Below are positions 39,605 to 51,820 of a stretch of DNA of 64,000 nucleotides, one piece after another (position 1 is the stretch's first letter; each line of letters begins with the position of its first letter). Both the position numbers and the translations under genes were made by a program. Source of the stretch: Camelus dromedarius (Eukaryota). The notes beneath the pieces were generated by a model that saw only the letters and a program-made list of their open reading frames with translations, was not told the origin of the DNA and did not search any database. The DNA lies in the NCBI RefSeq assembly GCF_036321535.1, contig NC_087437.1, positions 66,094,001 to 66,158,000 of the forward strand, written 5' to 3'.

Positions 39605-42387
39605 TCTGCCCATTTTTAAATCGAGCTGTTTGTCTTTTTTGATGTTGAGTTGTATGAGCTATTTATATATGTTGGATATTAATCCCTTATCAGTCATATT
39701 ATTTGAAAATATTTCCTCTCATTTAGTAGATTGACTTTTCAGTATGTTGATGGTATCGTTTGCTGTGTGAAAGCTTTTAAGTTTAATTAGGTCCCATTTG
39801 TTTATTTTTGCTTTTATTTCCTGTACTCTAGGAGATAGATCCCAAAAAATGTTATGTTAAAAAGTGTTCTGCCTATGTTTTCCTCTAGGAGTTTTATAGT
39901 ATCCAGTCACACATTTAGGTCTTTAATCCACTTTGAGTTTATTTTTGTATACAGTGTTAGAGAATGTTCTAATTTCATTCTTTTACTTGTAGCTGTCCAG
40001 TATTCCCAGCACCACTTATTGAAGAGATTGTCTTTTCTCCATCATATATTCTTGTCTCCTTTGTCTTAGATTAATTGACCATACGTGCATGGATTTATTT
40101 CTGGATTTTCTATCCTGTTCCGTTGATCTGTTTTTTTGTGCCACTACCATGCTGTTTTGATCACTGTAGCTCTGTAGTATGGTCTGAAGTCGGGGTGGAT
40201 GATTCCTCCAGCTCTGTTCTTTTTTCTCAAGATTGTTTTGGCTATTTGAGGTCTTTCGTGTTCCCATACAAATTTTAAAATTACTTGTTCTAGTTCTGTG
40301 AAAAAGGCCATTTTTGATAGGAATTGCATTGAATCTGTAGATTGCATTGGTAGTTATTTTAATATTTATTCTTCCGATCCAAGAACATGGTATATCTTTC
40401 TATCTGTTTCTGTCACCTTCATTTTCTTTTATCAGCATCTTATAATTTTCAGAGCACAGGTCTTTTGCCTCTTTTGGTAGGTTTATTGCTAGATATTTTA
40501 TTCTTTTTGAAGCAATGGTAAATGGGATTGTTTCCTTAATTTCTCTTTCTGATATTTTGTTGTTAGTGTATAGAAATGCAACAGTTTTTTTGTGTATTAA
40601 TTTTGTATCCAGCAACTTTATCAAATTCATTGATGAGCTCTCATAGTTTTCTGTTAGTCTCTTTAGGATTTTCTGTGTATAGTATCATGTCATCTTGACA
40701 CAGTGACAGTTTTACTCCTTTTCCTATTTAAATTTTTTAAACTTCATTTTCTTCTCTGATTGCTGTAGCTAGCACTGCCAAAACTAAGTTGAACAGAAGT
40801 GGAGGAAGTGAGCATCCTTGTCTTGTTCCTGATCTTAGGAGAAATTCAGTTTTTCACCATTGAGTATAATGTTACATATGGGTTTGTCATATAATGTTTT
40901 TATTATGTTGAGATATGTTCCTTCTAAGCCCACTTTCTGAAGAGTTTATATCATAAATGGATGTTGAATTTTATCCAAAGCTTTTTCTCTGTCTATTGAG
41001 TTGATCATATGGTTTTTTTCAGTTGGTTAATGTGGTATATCACATTGATTGATTTGTGGATATTGAAAGGTCCTTGCATCCCTGGGATAAATCCCACTTG
41101 ACCATAGTATGTTATCCTTTTACTATATTGTTGGATTCAGTTTGCTAATATTTTGTTGAGATTTTACATCTATATTCATCAGTGATATTGCCCTCTAATG
41201 TTCTCCTTTGATGATATCTTTGTCTGGTTTTGATATCACGGTGATTGTGGTCTCATAGAATGAGTGTTCCTTCCTCTGCAATTATTTGGAATGGTTTCAG
41301 AAGGATAGGTGTTAACTCTTCTCTAAATGTTTGGTAGAATTCACCATTGAAGCCATCTGGTCCTGGACTTTTGTTTGTTGGGAGGTTTTTAATTACTGAT
41401 TTGATTTCAGTACTGGTAATTGGTCTGTTTGTATTTTCTCTCTCTTCCTGGTTCAGTCTTGGGAGATTGTACCTTTCTAAGAATTTATCCATTTTTTTCT
41501 AGGTTGTCCATTTTATTGGCCTGTAGTTGCTCATAATAGCCTCTTATGGTCCTTTGTATTTCTGTAGTGTCAGTTGTAACTTCTCCTTTTTTTGTTTTTG
41601 TTTTTATTGATTTAGGCCCTCTCCCTTTTTTTCTTGATGAGTCTGGCTTAAGATTATCAATTTTGTTTATCTTTTCAATGAACCAGCTTTTAGTTTTATA
41701 TTGATCTTTTCAATTTTTTTTTTTTTTTTTTTTTTAGTGTCATTTATTTCTGCTCTGATCTTTATGGTTTTTTCCTTATGTTAACTTTGGGGTTTGTTTG
41801 TTCTTCTTTCTGTAGTTGCTTTAGGTGTAAGGTTAAGTTCTTTATTTCAGATTTTTCTTGTTTCCTGTAGTAAGCTTGTATTGCTCTAAACTTCTCCCTT
41901 AGAACTGGTTTTGCTGTGTCCCATAGGTTTTGGATCATTGTGTTTTCATTTTCATTTGTCTCTATGTATTTTTTGAATTTCCTTTTTGATTTCTTTAGTG
42001 ATTGTGGGGTTTTTTTGCAGTTTTTTCTTGTAATTGATTTCTAATCTCATAGTGTTGTGGTTGGAAAAGATACTTGATATGATTTCAATTTTCTTAAGTT
42101 TACTGAGGCTTGCTTTGCGGCCCAGCACATGATATATCCTGGAGAATGTTTTAGGTACACTTGAGAAGAATATATAAGGATATATATATTCTGCTTCAAG
42201 ATGGAATGCTCTGTAAGTATCAGTTTAGTCCATCTGGTCTAATTTGTTATTTAAAGCCTGTGTTTCCTTATTGATTTTCTGTCTGGATGATCTGTCCATT
42301 GATGTAAGGGAGGTGTTAAGGTCCCCCACTATTACTGTGTTACTGTCAAGTTCTCCCTTTTATTTCTGTTAATGTTTGTTTGATTAA

Positions 42388-42952
42388 GGGTAGGGTATAG
42401 CTCAAGTGGTTCAATCCCCAGTACCTCTTCTAAAAATAAATTCTACTCAGCCATAAAAAATAATAAAATAATGCAATTTGCAGCAGCATGGATAGACCTG
42501 GAGAATGTCATTCTAAGTGAGGTAATCCAGAAAGGGAAATAAAAATACCATATGAGATAACTTATATGTGAAATCTAAAAAAAAAGACAAACAAACTTAT
42601 TAACAAAACAGAAACAGACTCACAGACATAGAAAACAAACTTATCATTACCAGGGGGAGAAGGGGATGGGAAGGGATAAATTAAGAGTTTGAGATTTGCA
42701 GATACTAACTACTATATATAAATTGATAAATAAGTTTATACTGTATACCACAGAGAACTACATTCAATATCTTGTAGTAAGTTATGGTGAAAAAGAATAT
42801 GAAAATGAATATATGTATGTTCCTATATGGCTGAAATATTGTGCTGTACACCATAAATTGACACAACATTGTAAACTGATTGTACTTCAATAAAAATATA
42901 TATAAATTAAAAAAAAAAACAAGTAAACCTAATTATCTCCCCCCCTAAAAAA
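42388..42952 (+). mobile_element. Vic-1-like tRNA-derived SINE, internally deleted and split by an L1 3' fragment
   Basis: Head gggtagggtatagctcaagtggttcaatccccagtacctc and tail aagtaaacctaattatctccccccctaaaaaag. TSD ATGTTTGTTTGATT (42372-42385) versus ATGTTTGCTTTATT (42957-42970). Confidence 0.8.
42443..42919 (+). mobile_element. 5'-truncated L1 3' end (ORF2 C-terminus, 3' UTR, poly(A))
   Basis: ctactcagccataaaaaa...gcagcagcatggatagacctggagaatgtcattctaagtga...tcaataaaa, followed by an A tract. Confidence 0.9.
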
Positions 42953-45900
42953 GAATATGTTTGCTTTATTTTGGTGCTCCTATGTTGGGTGCATATATAT
43001 TTACAGTTGTTACTCTTCTTGGATTGATTCCTTGATCATCCTTGATCATTATGTAGTATCCTTCTTTGTCTTTTATAACAGTTTTTATTTTAAAGTCTAT
43101 TTTGTCTGATATAACTATTGCTACTCCAGCTTTCTTTTGGTATCCATTTGCATGGAATACCTTTTTCCATCCCCTCACTGTCAGTCTGTATGTATATATA
43201 TATATAGAGGGCTATAGAGAGCATATATACAGGTCTAATTTTTGTATCCATTCAGCCGGGCTATGTCTTTTGGTTGGAGTATTTAATCTGTTTACATTTA
43301 ATGTAATTATTGATATGTATATCTTTATTGCCATTTTGTTAATTGTTTTGAGTTTGTTTTTGTAGGTCTTTTCCCCCCCTTGTGTTCTTTTCTCTTGTGA
43401 TTTGATGGCTATCTTTAGCATTATGTTTGGATTCCTCTTTCTTTTGTGTGTGTGTGTTTATTATAGATTTTTGGCTTGCAGTTTGTGAGGTTTTAGTATA
43501 GAAGTCTGTATATATACATGATTGTTTTAAGTTGCTGATCTCTTAATTTCAAATGCATTTTTAAATACCCTGCATTCGTACTTTTTTCTCCTCATGATTA
43601 CTGGTTTTGATATATTTTATTCTAATTGTTTTGTGTATCCTTTAACTGCTTATTGTGGATACAGATGATTTTACTACTTTTGTCTTTTAACTTCGGTATT
43701 AGTTTGTGTGTGGATGATTTCCTACCTTTACTGTATGTTTGCCTTTACCAGTGAGCTTTTCCATTTCATAATTTTCTTGTTTCTAGTTGTGGCCTTTTTT
43801 CCACCTAGAGAAGTTCCTTTAGCATTTGTTGTAAAGCTGGTTTGGTGGTGCTGAATTCTTTTAGCTTTTGCTTATCTGTAAAGTTTTTGATTTCTCCATC
43901 AAATCTGAATGAGAGCCTTGCTGGGTAGAGTATTCTTGGTTGTAGGTTTTTCCCTTTCATCACTTTTAATATATCATGCCACTCCTTTCTGGTTTGCAGA
44001 GTTTCTGGGGAAAAAATCAGCTAATAATCTTATGGAAGTTCCCTTGTATGTTACTTGTTGATTTTCTCTTGTTGCTTTTAATACTTTCTCCTTATCTTTA
44101 ATTTTTGTCAATTTGATTACTGTGTACCTTGGTGTGCTCCTCTTTGGGTTAATTTTATGTGGGACTCTCTGCACTTCCTGAACTTGGCTGACTATTTCCT
44201 TTCCCATGTTAGGGAAGTTCTCAATTAATATCTCTTCAAATATTTTCTCAGATCCTTTCTGTCTTCTCCCTCTGGGACTCCTATAAATGTTAGTGCACTT
44301 AATAATGTCCTAGAGGTCTCTTGAGTTGTTCTCATTTCTTTTCATTCTTTCTTCTTTTTTCTGTTATGTGGCAGTGATTTCCACTACTCTATCTTCAAGC
44401 CCACTGATCCATTTATTCTAGTATTGATTCCTTCTAGTTATTTTTCATTTAACTTATTGTAGTCTTCAACTGTGTTTGGTTGTTCTTTATACTTTTTAGC
44501 TCTTTGTTAAAAACTTCTAACTTCTTGCTCTGTGCATTCATTCTTCTCCAGAGTTCTTGGATCATCTTTACTATCACTACTCTGAACTCTTTCTCGGGTA
44601 GATTGCCTATCTCCACTTCACTTAGTTCTTCTGAGGTTGTATCTTGTTTTCTGCCTAGAACATATTTCTCTGCCACCTCATTTTGTCTAAATTTCTGTTT
44701 GTATTTTTATTATGTGGTGGGTTAGTTATGTTTCTTGACCTTGGAGAAGTGTCCTTCTGTAGGGGATGTCCTATGTGTCCCAGCAGTGCACTCCCAGCAG
44801 TGTACTCACCCAAGGGCCAGGAGCTCGCTGGTTGCAGGGTAGAGGTCTGGCCTGAGTTTACAGATTTGGCTCCGCAAGCTGTGGAGTGATAGTTTTCTTG
44901 CTTCTGGTATCTCCCCCCCCCCCCCACCATGGGTGATGCTAGTCTAGAGGATTGTGCAGGCTTTCTGGTGGGAGGAGCCAGTGCCTGTCCACTGGTGGGT
45001 GGAGCTGGGTCCTGGCCCTTTGGTACGCACCCCTAGGGGCATGCCTAGAGGTGGCTGTGAGCTCAGTTTTTAGGTGGCCTTTCTGCTGATGGGTGGGGAT
45101 GTATTCCCACCCAGTTAGTTGTTTGCCCTGACATGTCCCAGCTTTTAAGCCTATAGGCTGTTGGGTGGGGCCAGGTGTTGGTGCTAATGACCCAAACAAG
45201 ATGTCAGCCTCCAGGAGAGCTTATGCAGATGAATACTCCCGCCACCAGCTTTTATGTCCCCAGGGTGAGCTACAGCCGCCCCCCTCCACCCACCTCCTCA
45301 GGAGACCTTCCAAGACCAGCAGGCAGGTCTGGCCCAGGCGCCTGTGAAATCACTGCTTTGGCTTTTGGTCTCGGTACACATAAGATTTTGTGTGTGCTCC
45401 TTAAGAGTGAAATCTGTTTCCCCAGTCCTTTGATGCTCCTGCAATTAAGCCCCACTGGCCTTCAAAGCCTGATGTGGGGCTTAGAACTCTCACTCCCATG
45501 GGAGAACCTCCACAATATAATTGTTCACCAGCTGGGTACAGGACCCGTTTATATGGCAAGTGCACCCCTACAACCCTCCCACTTTGGTTCCCTCTTTATG
45601 TCTCCAGTTGTAGAAGATCTTTTCTGGTAGGTTCTAGTCTTTTTTTATCGATGGTTGTTTAGCTGTCAGTTGTGGTTTTGTTGTGTTCATGAGACGAGGT
45701 GAGCTCAAGTTCCTTCTACTCTGCCATCTTGACAAGATCCAAAAACATGTACTTTGGAAAAGAGAAAATGATCTAGAGCTTCTATATTTTTAATGTGTGG
45801 TTTCTGATATTCAGTGAAATAAAACAAAAAAAGGATGCATACCACGATACACTCTAGAATATGGTGCAAAAAAGGGAGAATGTAGACTCCCTGAGATGAG

Positions 45901-47430
45901 AAGACAGTGTCAAGTATAGGGAGACTGAGGCAGCTGGAATTTTCCGGACAGACTGTTGGAGAGGACAGAACTGCACAGAGAGAACTTCAGAGATTCTCAC
46001 AGAGTACATCTCAAATTTTAAGCTGAGTACTTATCAGCACATGGTTGTGAGGAAGCTACCTAGGGAAGGAAAAAGAACCATTCAAAAGGATTAGAGGGAT
46101 CAATACTTGCTAATCACATAGGGTGGGGAATAGTGCCTGTTCCCACTGGTCAGACTGGAAAAGCACATAATTCATGGAATATTGGGTAGTGTGCTCTGAA
46201 ACGTCATCATGACTTAGTAGTGGGGAAAAATTAGTCCTGGATTGAACACTGCTCTGATCCTGACTGATATCTTAAAATAAAACCCAAATGTACCAAAGTA
46301 TTCCCAACTAATTTAACTGCATCCCAGAAAAGTGTTCAAGAATGTTTAGAGTAATAAGAAACTAATATATATGTAATTGGAATGCCCCAAGGGATGGCAC
46401 AGAAAAATATTTGAAGAGATAATGGGTGAAACATTTTTGACTTCGATGAAAACTGTAGACTCACAGATCCAAGAAGTTCAACAAGCTCTTAAAAAAAAAT
46501 CCACCAGATGTGTCATCATAATCTGATTGCTCAAAGTCAGTGATAAACTGAAAATCTTCAAGCGGCCAGAGGGAAAAACACATTACATAAGAGGAACAAA
46601 GATAAGAATGGCAGAGTTTTCACAGACTTCATCAGGAAAAAAAATGCAAGCAAAAAGGCAATGGAGCAGCATTTTTTAAGTACTAGAAAAATAAAACAAA
46701 ACCCTTCAACCTAGAATTCTATGCCCAGTGAAAATATCTTTCAAAACAAAGGCAAAAGACTTTCTCAGATATATAAAAGCTGAAAGAATTCATTACTGGC
46801 AGATGTGGACTGCAAGAAATGTCAAAGGAAGTGCTTCCAGCAGGAGAAAAAGGATACCAGTAGGAAATATGGATATATACAAAAAAAGGAAGAGCACCAG
46901 ATATGGTAACTACATGGGGAAGCATACAAGATTTTTGTTATTATTTAAACCTCTTGTAAGTATAATTGACAGTTTAAAGAAAAATAAAAACAAGGTATTT
47001 TGAGGTTTATAACATATGTAAAAGAAAATATATGCCAATGACAGTACAGAGGCTAGTAGTGGAGGCATAGAAGTATATTTTGGTCAGGTTCTTATACTAC
47101 ATGTGAAGTGATATGATACCACTTGAGGGGAGACTGTGATAGGTTAAGGATATATCTATAAACAAAAACAGTCACAGAAAAGAAGTATAGCTAATAAGCC
47201 AAAAGAGAGATGAAGTGGAATCATAAAAATACTCAATTTACCTAAAAGAAGACAGAAAAGGAGAGAAGGGGAAACAAGGGAGGAGATAAATTTAAAAAAC
47301 AATAGCAATATTATATGTTTAAACCTAAAAATATAGATAATATACCAAAAACTACTTTAGATATAAAGGATCTCAATACCTCAGGTAAAAGACAGAAATT
47401 GCCAGATAGGATTAAAAAGGAAAGTCAATT

Positions 47431-47574
47431 TTTTAAACTTTGTTTTTGGAGGGGGAGGAGGTAGATAGGTTTATTTATACATCTGTTTATTTTAACTGTT
47501 GGTACTGGGGATTGAACCCAGAACCTAGTTCATGTTACATATGCGCTCTACTAGTGAGCTATACCCTCCCCTCT
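47431..47574 (-). mobile_element. Vic-1-like tRNA-derived SINE
   Basis: Reverse complement has an A box (TAGCTCACTAGT), a B box (GGTTCAATCC) and an ATAAATAAACCTA tail. Perfect 14-bp TSD AAGGAAAGTCAATT at 47417-47430 and 47575-47588. Confidence 0.9.
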
Positions 47575-47971
47575 AAGGAAAGTCAATTATATACTATGTA
47601 TAAGAAACAGACTTTACGTATCAAGGCACAAATAAATTAAAGGAAAAGAATGGAAAATTTTAAGCATATTAATAATAATCAAAATATAGCTGAGTAGCAA
47701 TACTAGTATCAGATAAAGTAGATCACAGAGCAAAGAGTATTACCATGGATGAAGAAAATAATTTCTTAATGATAAAGTAATCAAGTCATTAGGCTGTAAC
47801 AATACTAAACATTTATGCAGCTAATAATAGAACTTCAAAATATATGAAATAGAAATGATATGACTTTGAGGAGAAATAGACAAATTCATAATTGTAGTCC
47901 AAAATTTCATTAACTTTCTCTCAGTGGTGGATGTAACAAAAAGACAGAAAATAATTAAAGATACAGAAGAA

Positions 47972-48329
47972 GGGGTCAGGGAGGTGCCAAGATGGTGGAG
48001 TAGAGAGACTCACAGCTTGCCTTCTCCCACAAATACATCAAGAATTACATCTACAAGCCCACTGAATCACACAGAACACCTACTGAACTCTGGCAGTGTG
48101 TCTCTCGTTTCAAAATACAGGAGGATTCTCCCGAAATCCAATAAACAACAAGTTCATACTGGATAGCACAGGGAACTATATTTAATATCCTGTGGTAACT
48201 TATGGTGAAAAAGAATATGAAAATGAATATATGTATGTTCATGTATGACTGAAGCATTATGCTATACATCAGAAATTGACACAACATTGTAAACTGACTA
48301 CACTTAAATAAAAAAAAAATCCCCCAAAA
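47972..48329 (+). mobile_element. Bipartite mini-L1: about 170 bp of L1 5' end fused to about 190 bp of L1 3' end plus A tail
   Basis: Starts GGGGTCAGGGAGGTGCCAAGATGGTGGAGTAG...cccacaaatacatcaagaattacatctaca...cagaacacctactgaac (L1 5' UTR start), then switches near 48140 to the L1 3' UTR. TSD AAAGATACAGAAG (47957-47969) versus AAAGATATAGAAG (48330-48342). Confidence 0.8.
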
Positions 48330-48684
48330 AAAGATATAGAAGGAACCAACATAATCAGCTTGACCTCACTGATCTATATAGAGCATTTTACCCATTGACA
48401 GCAAAGTATACATTCCTTTAAAGTGCACATGGAACGTTTATCAAGATAGACCATATTCTAGGCTGCAGAACAAGTTTCAATATAGTTAAAAAGATTCAAA
48501 TCATACAAAGTGTGTTCTTGACCACAATAAAACTAAGTAAGAAATCAATCATAGAAATCTTCAAACATTTGGAAACTAAACAATATACTTCAAAATAGCT
48601 CATAAAGCAAAGAAGAAATCAAAAAGGAAATGAGAAATTAGTTTAGACTGAATGCAAGTGAAAAGTTACATATCAAAAGGAGTA

Positions 48685-49168
48685 TAGGCATACCTCATTT
48701 TTTTGCACTTTGCAAATACTGAGTTTTTTACAAATGGAAGTTTTGTGACAACCCTGCATTGAACAAGTCTGTTGGTGCTGTTTTTCCAACAGCATTTGCT
48801 CACTTTATGTCTCTGTGTCACATTTTGGTAATTCTTGTAATATTTCAAACTTTTTCATTATTATTATGTTTGTAATGGTGATCTGTGATCAGTGGTATTT
48901 GATGTTACTATTGCAGAAAGATTGCATCTTGCTAAAGTTTCAGATGATGGTTAGCATTTTTTAGCAATAAAATATTTTTTAATTAAGGTACATGCATTGG
49001 TTTTTTAGACATAATGCTATTGCACACTTAATAGACTACAGTGTAGTATAATATGTAACTTTTATATGTGCTGGGAAACCAGAAAATTTATGTGACTCAC
49101 TTTATTGCCATATTCACTTTATTGTGGTGGTCTGGAACTAAACTCACAGTATCTCTGAGGTTTGACTG
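48685..49168. mobile_element. Tigger1 internal-deletion derivative (TcMar-Tigger)
   Basis: TIRs TAGGCATACCTC and GAGGTTTGACTG (Tigger1 consensus CAGGCATACCTC / GAGGTATGCCTG), each flanked by TA. The interior matches the Tigger1 ends. Confidence 0.88.
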
Positions 49169-49982
49169 TACTTAGGTGGAAATTTATAGTGCTAAGAGCT
49201 TATAAGAAGAAAAGTCTTAAATCAGTGTCCTCAGCTTCCATCCTAAGAAACTAGAACCAAAAAAAGAGAAAATGAGACCCAAAGTAAGCAGAAGAAAGGA
49301 AATAATCAGCAGAAATCTTAAAATAGGTGACACAAAAAAGCAGAGAAGATCAAAGTGGATGCTGATTTATTGAGAATATCAATAAAATCAATGAGCTTCT
49401 CATCAGACTGATCAGGATAAAAAGAGAGCAGACACAATTTACTAATACCATGAATTAAAGAGGTAACAACACTACAAATTCTATTGATATTATAAACAAT
49501 TTTATTCCAATAATTCCATCAATTTAGATGGAATGAACAAATCCCTTGAAAGACAAAAACTATCAAAGTTTATTCAATAATTATGGAATGTGAACAACCA
49601 GGTTTATTAAAGAAAAAGTCTTAGCAAACTAGAAGAGAATTTCCTTAACCTGATAAAGGGAATCTATGGAACATTTGCATCTAACATCATATTTAATGGT
49701 AAATGACCGAAGTCTTTTCCCCTAAGATGAAGAATGAGACAAAGATAGCTACTGTCAGCAATTCTATTCAACATTGCCCTGGAGGTCCTAGCCAGAGGAA
49801 TAAGCTAAAGAAAAATAAATGAAAAGCATCCAGATTGGACAGGAAGAAGTAAAACTGTCTTTATTTGCAAATGACCTGATCGTCTATATAGAACACTAAA
49901 TAGAATCTACAAAAGAGCTACTAGAATTAATGAATGAGCTGAACATGGTTGCAAAATACAATATCAATATACAAACGTCAAT

Positions 49983-49987
<5 letters not shown>

Positions 49988-50029
<42 letters not shown>
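49988..50029 (+). repeat. (GT)21 microsatellite
   Basis: Perfect GT array seen directly. Confidence 0.97.
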
Positions 50030-50034
<5 letters not shown>

Positions 50035-50211
50035 CTGAAATTAGGATCTTAAAAAAATTATAATAGCATCAAAAAATATGAAATACTCAGGGATAAATCT
50101 GATAAAAATTGTGCAAGAACTATACACTGAAAACTATAAAACATTATAGAGAGAAATTAAAGAAGACCTTTATCTCTGCTATTTAATGGAGAGGTATACC
50201 TTGTTCATAGA

Positions 50212-50572
50212 TGCTATGGATTGAAAGTTTGTGTCCTCTCCAAACTTTATGTGTTGAAATCTAGTTCTCAGTGTGGTGGTATTTGGAGACAAGGCCTTTG
50301 GGAGGTGATTAGATCATGAGGGTAGCCCTCAAGAATGGGATTAGTGCCCTTATAAGAAGAGGGCAGAGAGCTAGGTAGCTCTCTTTCCAGCATGTGAGGA
50401 TACAGCAAGAAGTCAGCTATCAGCAAACAGAAAGGGGGCTCTCTCCAGAACATGATCATGTTGATACCATGATCTTGGACTTCCAACCTCCAGAACTTTG
50501 AGAAATAAATTTCTGTTGCTTATAAGCCACCTAGTCTATGGTATTTTGTTATAGCAGCTTAGCTGAAAGACA
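50212..50572 (+). mobile_element. MLT1A-like solo LTR (ERVL-MaLR)
   Basis: TG...CA ends; tgctatggattgaaagtttgtgtcc...ggcctttgggaggtgattagatcatgaggg...gatcttggacttccaacctccagaactttgagaaataaatttctgttg...ggtattttgttatagcagc. Confidence 0.88.
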
Positions 50573-51639
50573 AATGGGTTAAAAGATTCAGTACTGTTAA
50601 GACATTAATTCTCTCCTAAATGATCTATAGATTCAGTTCAGTCCCAATCAAAATCCCAGATAACTTTCTTATAGAAATGATAACCTCATTTTAAAATTCA
50701 TGGTAGTATCTAGAATAGCCAAAACAACTTTAAAAGAAGGAAGAAAGTTGGAGGACTGTCACTACCAGTTCATTATTTTGAATGAAAGAATGGTTTTACA
50801 GGGTATGCATATGTCAAAACTTATCAAATGTATACATGTGGTTTATTGTATGTAATTTATAGCTCAAAAAAGCTGTTTTTTAAAAAGCTGATAGGAAAAT
50901 GGTATAAAATACAAAATACAAAAAATTTTTTAAATATGAGGAAAAGAATGTAGAATAGATTTGAAAAATAAATAGTAACAAAGAGATTTAAACTCATGTA
51001 TGTCCATAATTAGCTTAAGAATAAACTACTCCAATTAAAAGACAAAGGTTATTATACTAAAGAAAAAACATTTTAAAAGGACTATTAAAATTTGAATTAA
51101 ATTTTAATTTAATTTTATTTGTCATTTTAATGCACCATGCTTTATTTGTGGGTAGCCATAAATAAATATTTGTTTTATGAGAATAATATAAAGAAAAACT
51201 TAATTTTTTTTTATCCCTGGTTTCACTTGAGTTGTGTTTTGAAATGAGCCTTCTCACACGTCATGAATGGGTTTTGTGTTTCGTAAGTTTATGGAGGTTG
51301 ATCGATGGCCTGTGATCCCGTCCCCTGATTTTGTATGTAAAGTATTAGATGTTTGCATGTTTTTCAGGAGAGGGTCAATAACTGATCAGCATCTTATGTC
51401 CAAACAAACATTGGAGAATCATGGTTTGACTAATGAAAAAACTGAGTGCTATTCTAGGTGTCTAATTTCTCAATAGTACTTCCCTGAAATTAATTTCTAG
51501 TGAGTGATTCAAATGACTTGATCTATATATTTGTGCATGAGCCTCCTCACAGTAGCTTGGAGTAACAAGTTAAAGGTTATTCCAAGGATTGTGTGGTTGA
51601 AACTCTAATGAAAGTTTTCTACTTCCTTAAGCTAGACTT

Positions 51640-51820
51640 TGGTTCTCATGGTGTGATTGATTCCCAGATCAACAGCTGCAGTATCACCTGGGAACTTACT
51701 AGAAAGGCAAATTCTCCAGCCCTACTGAATCAGAAGCTCTGGTGGTGAGGGCCTGTAATCAGTGTTTTCAGGGAGCTCTCCAGGGATTCTTATGTACACT
51801 AAAGTTTGATAACCACTGGG
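51640..51820. mobile_element. MER5A-like hAT-Charlie element
   Basis: cagctgcagtatcacctgggaacttactagaaaggcaaattctccagccctactgaatcagaagctctgg...cactaaagtttgataaccactg. Confidence 0.8.

Larger units (their letters stand above)
39408..45740 (-). mobile_element. Degraded near-full-length L1 (5' UTR, ORF1, most of ORF2; 3' end missing), interrupted by younger insertions
   Basis: The minus-strand 5' end reads CAAGATGGCAGAGTAGAAGG (45731 downward). ORF1 pieces lie at 43974-44676, and ORF2 EN/RT pieces at 43212-43421, 42966-43178, 41253-41492, 40400-40630 and 40144-40347. Many stops and frameshifts. Confidence 0.92.
45750..51050 (+). mobile_element. Old sense-strand L1 (5' region, ORF1, ORF2 remnants) hosting several later insertions; probably continues at 38940-39400
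   Basis: ORF1 motifs at 46380-46900 (cacagatccaagaagttcaacaa, caacctagaattctatgcccagtgaaaatatctttcaaaa) and EN/RT motifs at 47600-50760 (tattcaacattgccctggaggtcctagccag, ggaagaagtaaaactgtctttatttgcaaatgac). Confidence 0.8.
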
